From a virus (lineage: Duplodnaviria; Caudoviricetes), in the IMG/VR virus record IMGVR_UViG_3300010352_000625, positions 96,001 through 160,000 of that record: a DNA stretch of 64,000 nucleotides; one strand, given 5' to 3'. Shown in pieces: positions 53,953-63,004 of this stretch. The first letter of the stretch is position 1. Each line of letters starts with the position of its first letter. Made by a program: the position numbers and the translations under genes. Below the pieces are notes generated by a model. It was not told the DNA's origin. It saw only the letters and a program-made list of their open reading frames with translations, and searched no databases.

Positions 53953-54474
53953 TTATTTCTTTTCCCAAAAATTAATTATATCATCATAAGCTTCAATCAT
54001 ATGTTCCCACATAATACCATTATTAGGGTCTGTCTGAATAAATCTACATGGAAAAAATTCGATAATATTACTAGGAGTATCATCAAATATAATAAAATCT
54101 GAATATTTTTCCCCATATTTATCCATGTAATCTTTTATTTCATTACCACGTTCCATATAATTTTTAGATTCATTGATATCATTAGTCTTCCAAGGATTAG
54201 CAAATTTACCTCTAAATCCTGAATTAGCAAAAGCACTATTAACCCAGTGATATGCTGTCATATCAGTTTCTTTCACAAAATTTTTCCAACTTGATGTAAT
54301 TATAAATTCAACATCATACTCATCATGTATCTTATTAAAAAAATCTATTGCAACAGGGTCAAATCTAGCCCACATTTTATAACTCGCATTATGAGCAAAA
54401 TGTACTCTCCAACTTGTCAGCACACCATCAATATCAACAAAGATAGCATATTTCTTTTTATATTCTTTATCCAT
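53953..54474 (-). CDS. HAD phosphatase, 'Swiss Army Knife' RNA-repair type
   Basis: FVDIDGVL, ITSSW, RG.EI, IFDD, QTD...G. Confidence 0.75.
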   Translation of the reverse strand: MDKEYKKKYAIFVDIDGVLTSWRVHFAHNASYKMWARFDPVAIDFFNKIHDEYDVEFIITSSWKNFVKETDMTAYHWVNSAFANSGFRGKFANPWKTNDINESKNYMERGNEIKDYMDKYGEKYSDFIIFDDTPSNIIEFFPCRFIQTDPNNGIMWEHMIEAYDDIINFWEKK

Positions 54475-54790
54475 TTCGTTTTCATTCCTTCATATTATAA
54501 TATTATTTATATTTTATTATTAATCATAACACTTCAAATAAGGAATGTCTTCATTTACATGTTCTATATCATAATCTGGCATTGGAAGCATTTCAGCTAC
54601 TATTTCACATAATATTAAATCACATTCTTTAGGATTATATACATTATCTGTACTTCCATACTCACTAATATCTTCATTAATTCCATTTATTATTTCTTCA
54701 ACAAATTCTAATGCTGAATTTTTATCATTAAAATAGTCATTAATACCCATATCATAGCTATAAACAAAATATTTACTCATAAAAATAGCC

Positions 54791-55834
54791 TCATTTCATT
54801 GGTTTAATCTTTTCTTCGATGCAACTGATTTCTTCTTCAGTCAAGCCGTATTTTGCATAAAACTGACTGTCGATTTCAGAAATGCTCTTGCTCCAGTCGA
54901 TGTCGGATTTTGTGGTTAAGTCTTGTAACGGTACGAACTGGTACACATTCTGGTACACATTCTGGGACACTTTTAATATACCTACCATAAATCTAAAGAA
55001 TTTTCCGCTCATGTATTTTTGAAGATTTTCGGCTTCTAATTGCGTGTCAAATGCACCTATAGGAATTAATGAATCTGTACATACGGATTGAGGATATCCA
55101 ATATACGCTTTCCCAAGAATAGCAACCGGTTTATCATTGCTCAAAATACCGGCACCACCATTGCCTTTCGAAGTAAATACTTTGTATTTATCAATTACAT
55201 CTATATTTTTTGTGATATTTTCTCTCTTTGTATAACGGATTTTTTCATATGCACAACGAACTTCAATTGCACAATCAAAAGGTTTTTCTGTTGTGATTTT
55301 ATCGAGTTCTGACTTTTTACCTACTATTCCAAATGCATTACGTCCAGAGGTTATAGTGGTCATCGATACAAATCCATTGGCAGTGCGAACTTTATCTAAT
55401 ATACTAACCAAACAATTCATAGAGATAATAATATCCAATCCCTCTTCAAATAAAGGCCTTGTTGCTATATTTCTGCTGTCAGCATAGCACTCTGTGAAAA
55501 CGACATTGCCAATGTGACTTTTATCAAACAGATAATAATTAACACCACCTGCAATTTCAACCCCCTTAAACAACAGTTTATTGTCGGGATAATTAAAAAT
55601 TTTCGAAAAATGATTATTGTCCTTGATAAACTCTCTAAGTTTGATAAAGGATTTATCTTGCGCATCTGCAGTAAACCATCTTGAAGGTGTAATGAGAGAT
55701 GTGTAAACTGCGTTTAATTTAATAGTATTTTGAATAAACATAGGAAACAATTGCTTTGATAACGCAGTATTCTCTCCTGTATTGCTAATATTTTCCTGAT
55801 ATGGAGGATTTCCCACTACAGCGTTAAACTTCAT
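54791..55834 (-). CDS. Eco57I-like methyltransferase catalytic plus TRD module
   Basis: Starts MKFNAVVGNPPYQ; no SAM-binding motif I; higher GC than flanks. Confidence 0.75.
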   Translation of the reverse strand: MKFNAVVGNPPYQENISNTGENTALSKQLFPMFIQNTIKLNAVYTSLITPSRWFTADAQDKSFIKLREFIKDNNHFSKIFNYPDNKLLFKGVEIAGGVNYYLFDKSHIGNVVFTECYADSRNIATRPLFEEGLDIIISMNCLVSILDKVRTANGFVSMTTITSGRNAFGIVGKKSELDKITTEKPFDCAIEVRCAYEKIRYTKRENITKNIDVIDKYKVFTSKGNGGAGILSNDKPVAILGKAYIGYPQSVCTDSLIPIGAFDTQLEAENLQKYMSGKFFRFMVGILKVSQNVYQNVYQFVPLQDLTTKSDIDWSKSISEIDSQFYAKYGLTEEEISCIEEKIKPMK

Positions 55835-56036
55835 TTTCTTAACTTCTCCTTTTTCCCAATAGCTTGGCTCCAGACCAGACGCATTTGCCTTTATGCTACA
55901 TTCCGATATTTACAAATTAAAAAATATGTTAGATGAAAAGCATATATTGAATTTTCTTCAAAGAGATAATCAATATATAACGCCCCAACATCTTTTATAA
56001 TACTATTATATCACAACTTACTAATGTTGTCAAGTA

Positions 56037-56417
56037 TCAAATTTTATTTCTAAGTATCGTAACTATATCTTCAGTTTTCATTTTATTTTGTGCTACACTC
56101 ATTCCTATATTTACTAATTCGTCTGTTTCAAATTTAACATTATAGTTATTAATTTTAAGTAATACCAACATTATATGTATACCAATTCTTTTGTTACCAT
56201 CAGTGAAAGGATGATTAGTAATAAAAGAATAACACGCTCTAGCTATTTTTTCAATATCACTTTTGTATATTTCTTCATTGAAAGCACCAGCATAAGGCGA
56301 AAAATAAGCTGTCCAAAAAGACATGTTATCTCTAACTTTACCGCTGAACCCACCCGTTTTAGCAGTAATTACTTTATTAAGATTAACAACTTGTTCTTGT
56401 GTTAAATATTTCATCAC
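56037..56417 (-). CDS. Fic/Doc-family protein
   Basis: HPFTDGNKR motif. Confidence 0.88.
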   Translation of the reverse strand: MMKYLTQEQVVNLNKVITAKTGGFSGKVRDNMSFWTAYFSPYAGAFNEEIYKSDIEKIARACYSFITNHPFTDGNKRIGIHIMLVLLKINNYNVKFETDELVNIGMSVAQNKMKTEDIVTILRNKI

Positions 56418-56476
56418 TATTCTCCCAATATAGTATAAGCTTCTATATTATCATCCTTGAGTTTCTAGTCTTTTGT

Positions 56477-57646
56477 TTATTCAAAGGATTTAATTCTGGA
56501 TTCGATATAATCTATTTCATCTTGATCCAAATCGTATTTCGCATAAAGTTGCGTGTCTATATCTGTAATCGTTTTTCCCCAGTCAATATCTGAGTTAGAT
56601 CTGAAATTCTGCTGTGGGACAAAGGAATAAATATTACTTGTTATCACTTGGGCAATTTTTTTGATTCCAAGCATAAATCTGAAGAACTTTGTATTCATAT
56701 ATTTGTTAAGATTCTCTGCCTCTAATCGGTTGTCAAAATCACCAACAGCGATAAGTGTGTTTGAACAAATCGAATTTGGCCTCATAAGAAAAGTTCTTCC
56801 CAAAATCGCTACAGCCTTATCATCAAGCAGGGTTCCTGCGCCGCCATTCATTTTTGATGTAAAAACCTTCCAATGTTTTGACAGTTCTCTATTTCGCTTA
56901 ATTTCATCACTTGATATATATTTCATTTCCCCATAAGCGCAAAGAATCATTGTGTTATGCGTCACATCTGGTGAGGTTGTAGTAATTCTATCTAAAGATG
57001 CATCTATTGCAGGAATACCGAATGGGTTACGTCCAGTCACAATTTTTTCCATTGACTTAAAGTTTTCAGCGGTAACTTTATGTAGAATACTTATCATTCT
57101 ATTCATTGGGAGGACAACATCTAAACCTTTTTCAAAAAGAGGTCTTTCAACAACTGTTTCATTCTTGTTAGAAATCTCAGTAAAAATAATATCTCCTGAA
57201 TACCCATTGTGGTACAGGAAGTAATTTACGCCACCAGGAACACTAACATCACCAAATACATCACTACTGTTTAAATAGTTTACAATGTGGGAAAAATGGT
57301 TGTTATTTCTTAAAAAATTCCTAAGTGTCACAAAAGAACGGTCCTGAGCGTTTCCAGTAAACCACCTTGATGGCGTAATTAATGATAAATATCTGGGTTG
57401 CATCTTAATTACAAGGGTAATAAATGAAGGGTATAGTTGCTTGCTTAGTGACTTATTTTCTTGACCCCCAATATTTTCTTGATATGGTGGATTGCCAACA
57501 ATGGCATCGAATTTTAGCATGTTTTCTTCATCTCTTAGGACTACTTCGTCCTCCATAGTAATTTCATTAAACGACTTATTTTGATTCAACAATAATCTGA
57601 TTTTTTTATAATTAATTTCGTTATCATCGGTTTTGATATTGAGCAA
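56477..57646 (-). CDS. Eco57I-like methyltransferase catalytic plus TRD module (paralog of 54791-55834)
   Basis: KFDAIVGNPPYQ; TPSRWF; no motif I. Confidence 0.75.
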   Translation of the reverse strand: MLNIKTDDNEINYKKIRLLLNQNKSFNEITMEDEVVLRDEENMLKFDAIVGNPPYQENIGGQENKSLSKQLYPSFITLVIKMQPRYLSLITPSRWFTGNAQDRSFVTLRNFLRNNNHFSHIVNYLNSSDVFGDVSVPGGVNYFLYHNGYSGDIIFTEISNKNETVVERPLFEKGLDVVLPMNRMISILHKVTAENFKSMEKIVTGRNPFGIPAIDASLDRITTTSPDVTHNTMILCAYGEMKYISSDEIKRNRELSKHWKVFTSKMNGGAGTLLDDKAVAILGRTFLMRPNSICSNTLIAVGDFDNRLEAENLNKYMNTKFFRFMLGIKKIAQVITSNIYSFVPQQNFRSNSDIDWGKTITDIDTQLYAKYDLDQDEIDYIESRIKSFE

Positions 57647-57689
57647 ATAGATTATCGAGTAATTCTAAATTTCTCATGAGATCCTTCAT

Positions 57690-58679
57690 TTATTTTTTAT
57701 TGAGTAAAGAAACAAATTTAATTTCTTTACTTACACCCCAATCCATAACCTTGCAATAAATCCCTGAATGAAGGAGCGGGTCGTTTTTTGCACATCCCTC
57801 ACAAGGCGTGTTCTCTATGGGTGCATCGAAAAGACTCAATTGAACAAAATTACTGTTTTTATTTTTACAACTATTTGGGACTACAAATTTTAATCCGTCC
57901 ATTTGCCAGATGTTCCACGAAATGACAAAGGCAATATTTAATAGTAGTTCTTCACATGGCTCATAATGGAATTTATTTATATAATAGTCGATAAATGTAC
58001 ACAATAAATTTTCTCTTGCTAATAGAACATTATCTCCCTGCCAGTCATAGCCATAAATACTTTTATACGCCTTGTATGCCCAATTTAGCCATTCTTCTTT
58101 ATCACTTACATTTTCAGATAACACACGCAATTTTCTATCAAGAAGGCCTATTCGTTCAGATATTTCAATATATTGTCCGATTACAGTATCATAGCGACTA
58201 ACCAAATACGGTGCTTCTCCACAACATATTTCAAGCCGTGACTCGAGTACATAATCTTTCCAAGTCTTCCCGCTTTTGGTTGGAAATTTAATTGGCTCAT
58301 GTATCGAATCCCAAGAATTTTCTTTCCCGATATTAAAAACATGCTTTTGTCCAAACCACTCATAATCTATAAGATTATTCTGTTTGTTACATACCCAAGA
58401 AGGTGTAAAGACTTCGGCTTTTTCACGAATACGCATAATTTGGTTTTCTTTCGTTTTTTCAGTCCTCGGTTTCACTATGTCACGATAGAATCCAGTTACA
58501 GAGTCAATTGTGATTTGATCATCGAAATTAAATTGATTACCATGAACAGAATAATTATTTGTAGCCCAAATAATGTTCTTTTTTGTGGTCTCATCTTTAA
58601 GGAGAATTTCCAGTACGTTTGGACTGAATTCTTTATTCTTTTCTTCAATAAAATTCATTGTATAATTCAGCATTTTCAA
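57690..58679 (-). CDS. Type IIG RM-associated methyltransferase-like subunit (SAM-binding half)
   Basis: AEVFTP, LEICCGEAPY, YGYDWQ, WQMDGL; no NPPY. Confidence 0.7.
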   Translation of the reverse strand: MKMLNYTMNFIEEKNKEFSPNVLEILLKDETTKKNIIWATNNYSVHGNQFNFDDQITIDSVTGFYRDIVKPRTEKTKENQIMRIREKAEVFTPSWVCNKQNNLIDYEWFGQKHVFNIGKENSWDSIHEPIKFPTKSGKTWKDYVLESRLEICCGEAPYLVSRYDTVIGQYIEISERIGLLDRKLRVLSENVSDKEEWLNWAYKAYKSIYGYDWQGDNVLLARENLLCTFIDYYINKFHYEPCEELLLNIAFVISWNIWQMDGLKFVVPNSCKNKNSNFVQLSLFDAPIENTPCEGCAKNDPLLHSGIYCKVMDWGVSKEIKFVSLLNKK

Positions 58680-58722
58680 TCCTCCAGCTTTATCTGAATC
58701 AAAAGTTGCTCACATAGGTGAA

Positions 58723-58782
58723 TATGAAATCTGTAGTCGATGAATCAGGAAGATTACAGTCTAAAGACTGTAATTAGTTCAC
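58723..58782 (+). mobile_element. IS200/IS605 mini-element copy E (right end only, inverted)
   Basis: tatgaaatctgtagtcgatgaatcaggaagattacagtctaaagactgtaattagttcac. Confidence 0.8.
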
Positions 58783-58919
58783 TATTCTCCCAATATAATA
58801 TAGACTTCTATGTTATTATCAATTATTTCATTAGATATAATATCAATTTTTATATCATCTAAGAATTCTGTTTCATAAGCTACTATCAAATGCATTTCCA
58901 TATCATTTACAGATACCAT
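58782..58919 (-). CDS. 45-aa acidic peptide, possible Doc antitoxin
   Basis: MVSVND...IIDNNIEVYIILGE*; its 3' end is duplicated directly upstream of the Fic/Doc gene. Confidence 0.4.
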   Translation of the reverse strand: MVSVNDMEMHLIVAYETEFLDDIKIDIISNEIIDNNIEVYIILGE

Positions 58920-58947
58920 TTTTTTATACCTACTTTATATTTATTAT

Positions 58948-59021
58948 TGGAAGGGATAATTGGAATCTAACCAATAACTAAAGTGTCAGAAACTTTTGTT
59001 TTAACATTAAACTATATCCCT
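58948..59021 (-). tRNA. tRNA-Gln(CTG)
   Basis: Loop TTCTGAC; CCA. Confidence 0.75.
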
Positions 59022-59036
59022 ATATTATAAATAAAA

Positions 59037-59564
59037 TTACTCCCACATTAAATCTAATGTTTTATAAATTTCATCTATCTGTTTATCAGTAAATTTCCAT
59101 CTTTTATTAATTGTTTTTTTAGCCCAATCATAAGGTGTATTTTTACCTAGTTCTTCAGACATTGCACACCAATCAGCACCCATTTCATGAATTGCAAGTG
59201 TTGGCATTTTAGAAGCATCAACTAACATGTTATCTAGTTCATTATCTCTAGTAAAATTTTTAATGTTTTTATCCCAATATTCAGGATGATGTACATTATT
59301 TTTAATATGTTTAAACGTAGCTTCATCAATCAATTTAGAATCAAAAGGATACTCATATTCTGGATTAGCATATTTCCATGTTAAAAATATATACCAAGTG
59401 TTAATATCAGTATCTTCCAATTTATCTAAATCATGATATGTGTAATCTTTATTCATTTTTTTACCATATTTATTAACTAAGCTAATATGTTTATTAGTTC
59501 TACGATAAAAAAATGATATCATATCATTCATTAATTTTGTTGGTAATACACTATTTATATTCAA
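59037..59564 (-). CDS. HD-domain protein (DUF5662-like)
   Basis: H...HD.DK...H...N.HHPEYW...MP...EM.ADW.A. Confidence 0.7.
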   Translation of the reverse strand: MNINSVLPTKLMNDMISFFYRRTNKHISLVNKYGKKMNKDYTYHDLDKLEDTDINTWYIFLTWKYANPEYEYPFDSKLIDEATFKHIKNNVHHPEYWDKNIKNFTRDNELDNMLVDASKMPTLAIHEMGADWCAMSEELGKNTPYDWAKKTINKRWKFTDKQIDEIYKTLDLMWE

Positions 59565-60469
59565 TTAAACATCTCTTTAGGCTGGTTCATAATTAGAACC
59601 ATTATTATGAAGACAAACAGTCATAGAAAACCAACAATTCTGCTGTCCACAAGGACCAGCTATATAACCGCTAGATTTTGCTGGGTCTTGCTCTATATTA
59701 TATTCACATGAATCACAATCATGTTCATCACGACAATTACAGTTACAGTCTTTACATATATCTTCCATTTTAATTTCCTTCTTTCTAAAAGAAATCCTTC
59801 ATGTCTACTCTTTTTATGGTTCTAAGATAGTTACCCAAATCTATTACTGAACTTTTGTTAAAGAAGAAATTATATTTTAACATAATATCATCTTTAGTAA
59901 TAATATCAAAATTAACTATATTATCATGCTCATAAACTGTAATGATTGCAACAAACTTAGGTGTATCAACATATGTTGTTTCGCCATCTGTTGCTACTGC
60001 TGTTGCTTTATAAAGATCAGAATAAAATTTTTCTCTAAGTTCTTCCTCACCACCGCAAGCCCCGTTAATAGGTGTAGAGTCCATAAACAGTTTTGCTAAC
60101 ATCAAAGAATTAAATTTACTCATTGTATACATCCTCTCTCAATCAAGTGTTTTTCATTCACTATATATATTATAACACAGAATTAAGATGTTGTATAGTA
60201 TCTAAAAGTATACAATGTAAAATAGATGTAAACTAAGTCTATAATTAATTTACTTTGTAATAATTATAATTAAACTTAGTTTCATTTTTTATTAAATATT
60301 AAATTGTTGTAATAATTAAATAATAAACTTTAATATATTTTATGCGGACCCACTGAACTCGAAGCAGACCTTTTTCGTTTCGTCAATTTAAACTACAGTC
60401 CCGATGTGTTAATTTTTAAACATAATTGGCTCCGACGGAGAGAATCGAACTCCCATATGATGTTTTTAT

Positions 60470-61618
60470 TCAATCAAGTAACCAAGGAGCCCATCTTTTT
60501 AACCAAGGTCTACTACCATTACTTGTTATATCAACTATATTAGCAACTTTCTTAACCCAACCAAATTCGTTGGTATCAATATTAGCATCAATTACTTTAT
60601 TTACTTTAATAGCTATTTCGTGTAATTTATCTATTTCTTTCTGTTTAGCTATTATTTTTCTTTCTTCTATTATATTACCACGTTTAAATGTATTCTCTAA
60701 TAACCAAGGACACCATCTTTTTACCCATCTTCTACCATTAGATTGCCCTGTAATCTTATTCACTTGTTCCGACCAACCAAACTTAGTAAAATTAATATTA
60801 GCATCAATTACTTTATTTACTTTAATAGCTATTTCGTGTAATTTATCAATTACATCTAATTCTTGTTGTTTTTTGATTCTTTCTAATTCTTTTATTTCGT
60901 CATAATATTTTTTTAAATTATCTTCTAAATGTTCAATATCATTATCTATAAAATCTTTAGCTATATTAATATATCTCTGAGTGTCATTAAATATATCTTT
61001 CCATCTAATTCTAAGTACTTGCCAGTCTCTTTGTTTTAATAAATTATCTTTTCTAATATCTCTTTCATGATAATCTTCAAATCTATAATGCTGTTCACCA
61101 TCTATTTCTATACATTTTTTAAGATGCACCCAAGCAAAATCTAATTTATATGTACTGAACTGATATTGATAAACATAATTTTTATCATCAAATTCATTCT
61201 CTATAACTTTTGTAAAGAACTTTTCGGGATAAGAAGGTTCCTCTATATGATTATTATATCCAATGTTATATGCTCTACCTTCTCTATGAGCTTTTTTTAA
61301 TTTTTTTGATATTTTCTCTTTGTGTTCATCAGATAAAGATTTACCTTGACACCAAATAGTTAATTCACCATTAGCAAATTTTTCTTTCATTAATTTTGAT
61401 TGTTTTTTTATTGATTCGCAATTTTCTTTTGTTTTACCCTTTTTATTTGATGTTTTTCCTATAAGTAAACTAATATATCCAAAATGATACTTTAAATGAT
61501 TACCTATTCCGTAAACACTATATTCTTTATTACAAATAGGGCATTTATATAATCCATTACTTTGTAACCAAGTTCTCCAATTCTTTTTACATTCTAAATA
61601 TTTTTCTTCGTCAAACAT
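60470..61618 (-). CDS. Free-standing homing-type endonuclease (Zn finger, NUMOD3-like, DUF559/PD-(D/E)XK, C-terminal repeats)
   Basis: CPIC..H; GKSLSDEHKEKIS; LDFA...IEIDGEQH...D..KD..L...W.VLRI.W. Confidence 0.75.
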   Translation of the reverse strand: MFDEEKYLECKKNWRTWLQSNGLYKCPICNKEYSVYGIGNHLKYHFGYISLLIGKTSNKKGKTKENCESIKKQSKLMKEKFANGELTIWCQGKSLSDEHKEKISKKLKKAHREGRAYNIGYNNHIEEPSYPEKFFTKVIENEFDDKNYVYQYQFSTYKLDFAWVHLKKCIEIDGEQHYRFEDYHERDIRKDNLLKQRDWQVLRIRWKDIFNDTQRYINIAKDFIDNDIEHLEDNLKKYYDEIKELERIKKQQELDVIDKLHEIAIKVNKVIDANINFTKFGWSEQVNKITGQSNGRRWVKRWCPWLLENTFKRGNIIEERKIIAKQKEIDKLHEIAIKVNKVIDANIDTNEFGWVKKVANIVDITSNGSRPWLKRWAPWLLD

Positions 61619-61715
61619 AATAATCTCACCTTATTAATAGTATAAAATTACAGTCTACTATTAATTTGGCTTTTCATATGAAATTTAAACCTTTACCACG
61701 GTCAAATATAAAGTC

Positions 61716-61794
61716 TGGCTCCGAGGGTGGGGGTCGAACCCACATATGACACTGTTTAACAGACAGCCGGCTTGCCTAGTTAGCCTACCTCGGA
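61716..61794 (-). tRNA. tRNA-Asn(GTT)
   Basis: Loop CTGTTAA; CCA. Confidence 0.85.
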
Positions 61795-62131
61795 ATAAAA
61801 TAAACTTTATTTTATAAATTGAATTAACATTATCTGTGTCAAAGCCAGTCGTTCTGCCTTTGAACTACACCGGAATAATAAATAACTTTAATTACTTTTC
61901 ACTAAATTTTTTACATCTACCTCTTTTATTATACCACTCACAAAGCGAAAACTGCTTTACTTCTGCTATATAATCTATATGTATTCTTGATTCATATGTA
62001 CAAACATTAATATCTAAGAATTTTTTTTGATATTTACAATTGACACATAAATGTTTTTCTCGTTTAAAATAATTAATTATTTTCTTATATATGTTATACA
62101 TAATTATGCACCCTTAAACAATATTTTTAAA

Positions 62132-62209
62132 TGGTCGGGAATCCCAGATTTGAACTGGGGTCCAATGCTCCCAAAGCACCGATGCTAGGCCAGACTACAA
62201 CAATTCCCG
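62132..62209 (-). tRNA. tRNA-Pro(TGG)
   Basis: Loop TTTGGGA; CCA. Confidence 0.85.
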
Positions 62210-62228
62210 ACATAAATACTACATTAAT

Positions 62229-62302
62229 TGGTAGAGATACGAGGAATCAAACCCCGGACTAGTGGTAGAAAGCCACTCGTGTTATCATTACATCATATCT
62301 CC
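62229..62302 (-). tRNA. tRNA-Glu(TTC)
   Basis: Loop CTTTCTA; CCA. Confidence 0.8.
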
Positions 62303-62304
62303 GT

Positions 62305-62381
62305 TGGCAGGGATAGCTAGAATCGAACTAAACTTTTTTCGGGTCAAAGCCGAATGTAATAAGCCATTATACGATATCCCC
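62305..62381 (-). tRNA. tRNA-Gln(TTG)
   Basis: Loop CTTTGAC; CCA. Confidence 0.8.
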
Positions 62382-62395
62382 GTTTTAAAAAATAA

Positions 62396-62615
62396 TGTCG
62401 TGAAGGATTGTTTGACCTGTACTACAAATAACATCCGATTCATTATTGTAGTTTTTTGCTCCAGCATCTTACTGGTTCGTTAGCATTTCAGCTAATCTGT
62501 ACAGGACTATCCCCATGTTTAATAATTAAACAAGTCGTTCACTTGGGCTCTCTGTTACATTAACAATCTGGCTTCACTTGAACTAATTGAGCTACACCTT
62601 ATTTCTTCACAACAT
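62396..62615 (-). ncRNA. Unassigned ~220-nt multi-stem RNA directly after a promoter
   Basis: Terminal stem AUGUUGUGAAG/CUUCACGACAU; internal CCUGUAC/GUACAGG and several hairpins. Confidence 0.55.
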
Positions 62616-62667
62616 AAATATTATATCACATATTTTATAACTTGTCAAGTATCAATTTTTTATATAA

Positions 62668-62751
62668 TGGCGGAGGATAATTGAGTTTAACAATCACCAT
62701 TGCTGGGGGCTGGTTTTCAAGACCAGTTATGCCACGGGCATCCTATCCTCC
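62668..62751 (-). tRNA. tRNA-Ser(TGA)
   Basis: Loop CTTGAAA; variable arm; CCA. Confidence 0.75.
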
Positions 62752-62767
62752 AAATTAATAAAAATAA

Positions 62768-62843
62768 TGGCCGCTTCAAGGAGAATTGAACTTCTACCTT
62801 ATCCGTGACAGAGATATATTCTTAACCATTAAACTATGAAGCG
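62768..62843 (-). tRNA. tRNA-Asp(GTC)
   Basis: Loop CTGTCAC; CCA. Confidence 0.8.
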
Positions 62844-62846
62844 GTA

Positions 62847-62923
62847 TGGCCTGCCTGAGAGGATTTGAACCCCTAACCTGGTGGGTAGAAACCACCTGCT
62901 CTTGTCCATTGAGCTACAGGCAG
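62847..62923 (-). tRNA. tRNA-Arg(TCT)
   Basis: Loop TTTCTAC; CCA. Confidence 0.85.
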
Positions 62924-62930
62924 AAAATTT

Positions 62931-63004
62931 TGGTGACTATAAAAAGAATCGAACTTTTATAAATCGCCTATGAAACGATTGCTTTACCATTAAGCTATAT
63001 AGTC
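62931..63004 (-). tRNA. tRNA with CAT anticodon (Met/Ile2)
   Basis: Loop TTCATAG; CCA. Confidence 0.75.

Noticed and set aside
60428-61700. Group I intron in a tRNA
   Set aside because: No room for an intron core between the ORF stop and the tRNA fragment, and the anticodon stem cannot be rebuilt.
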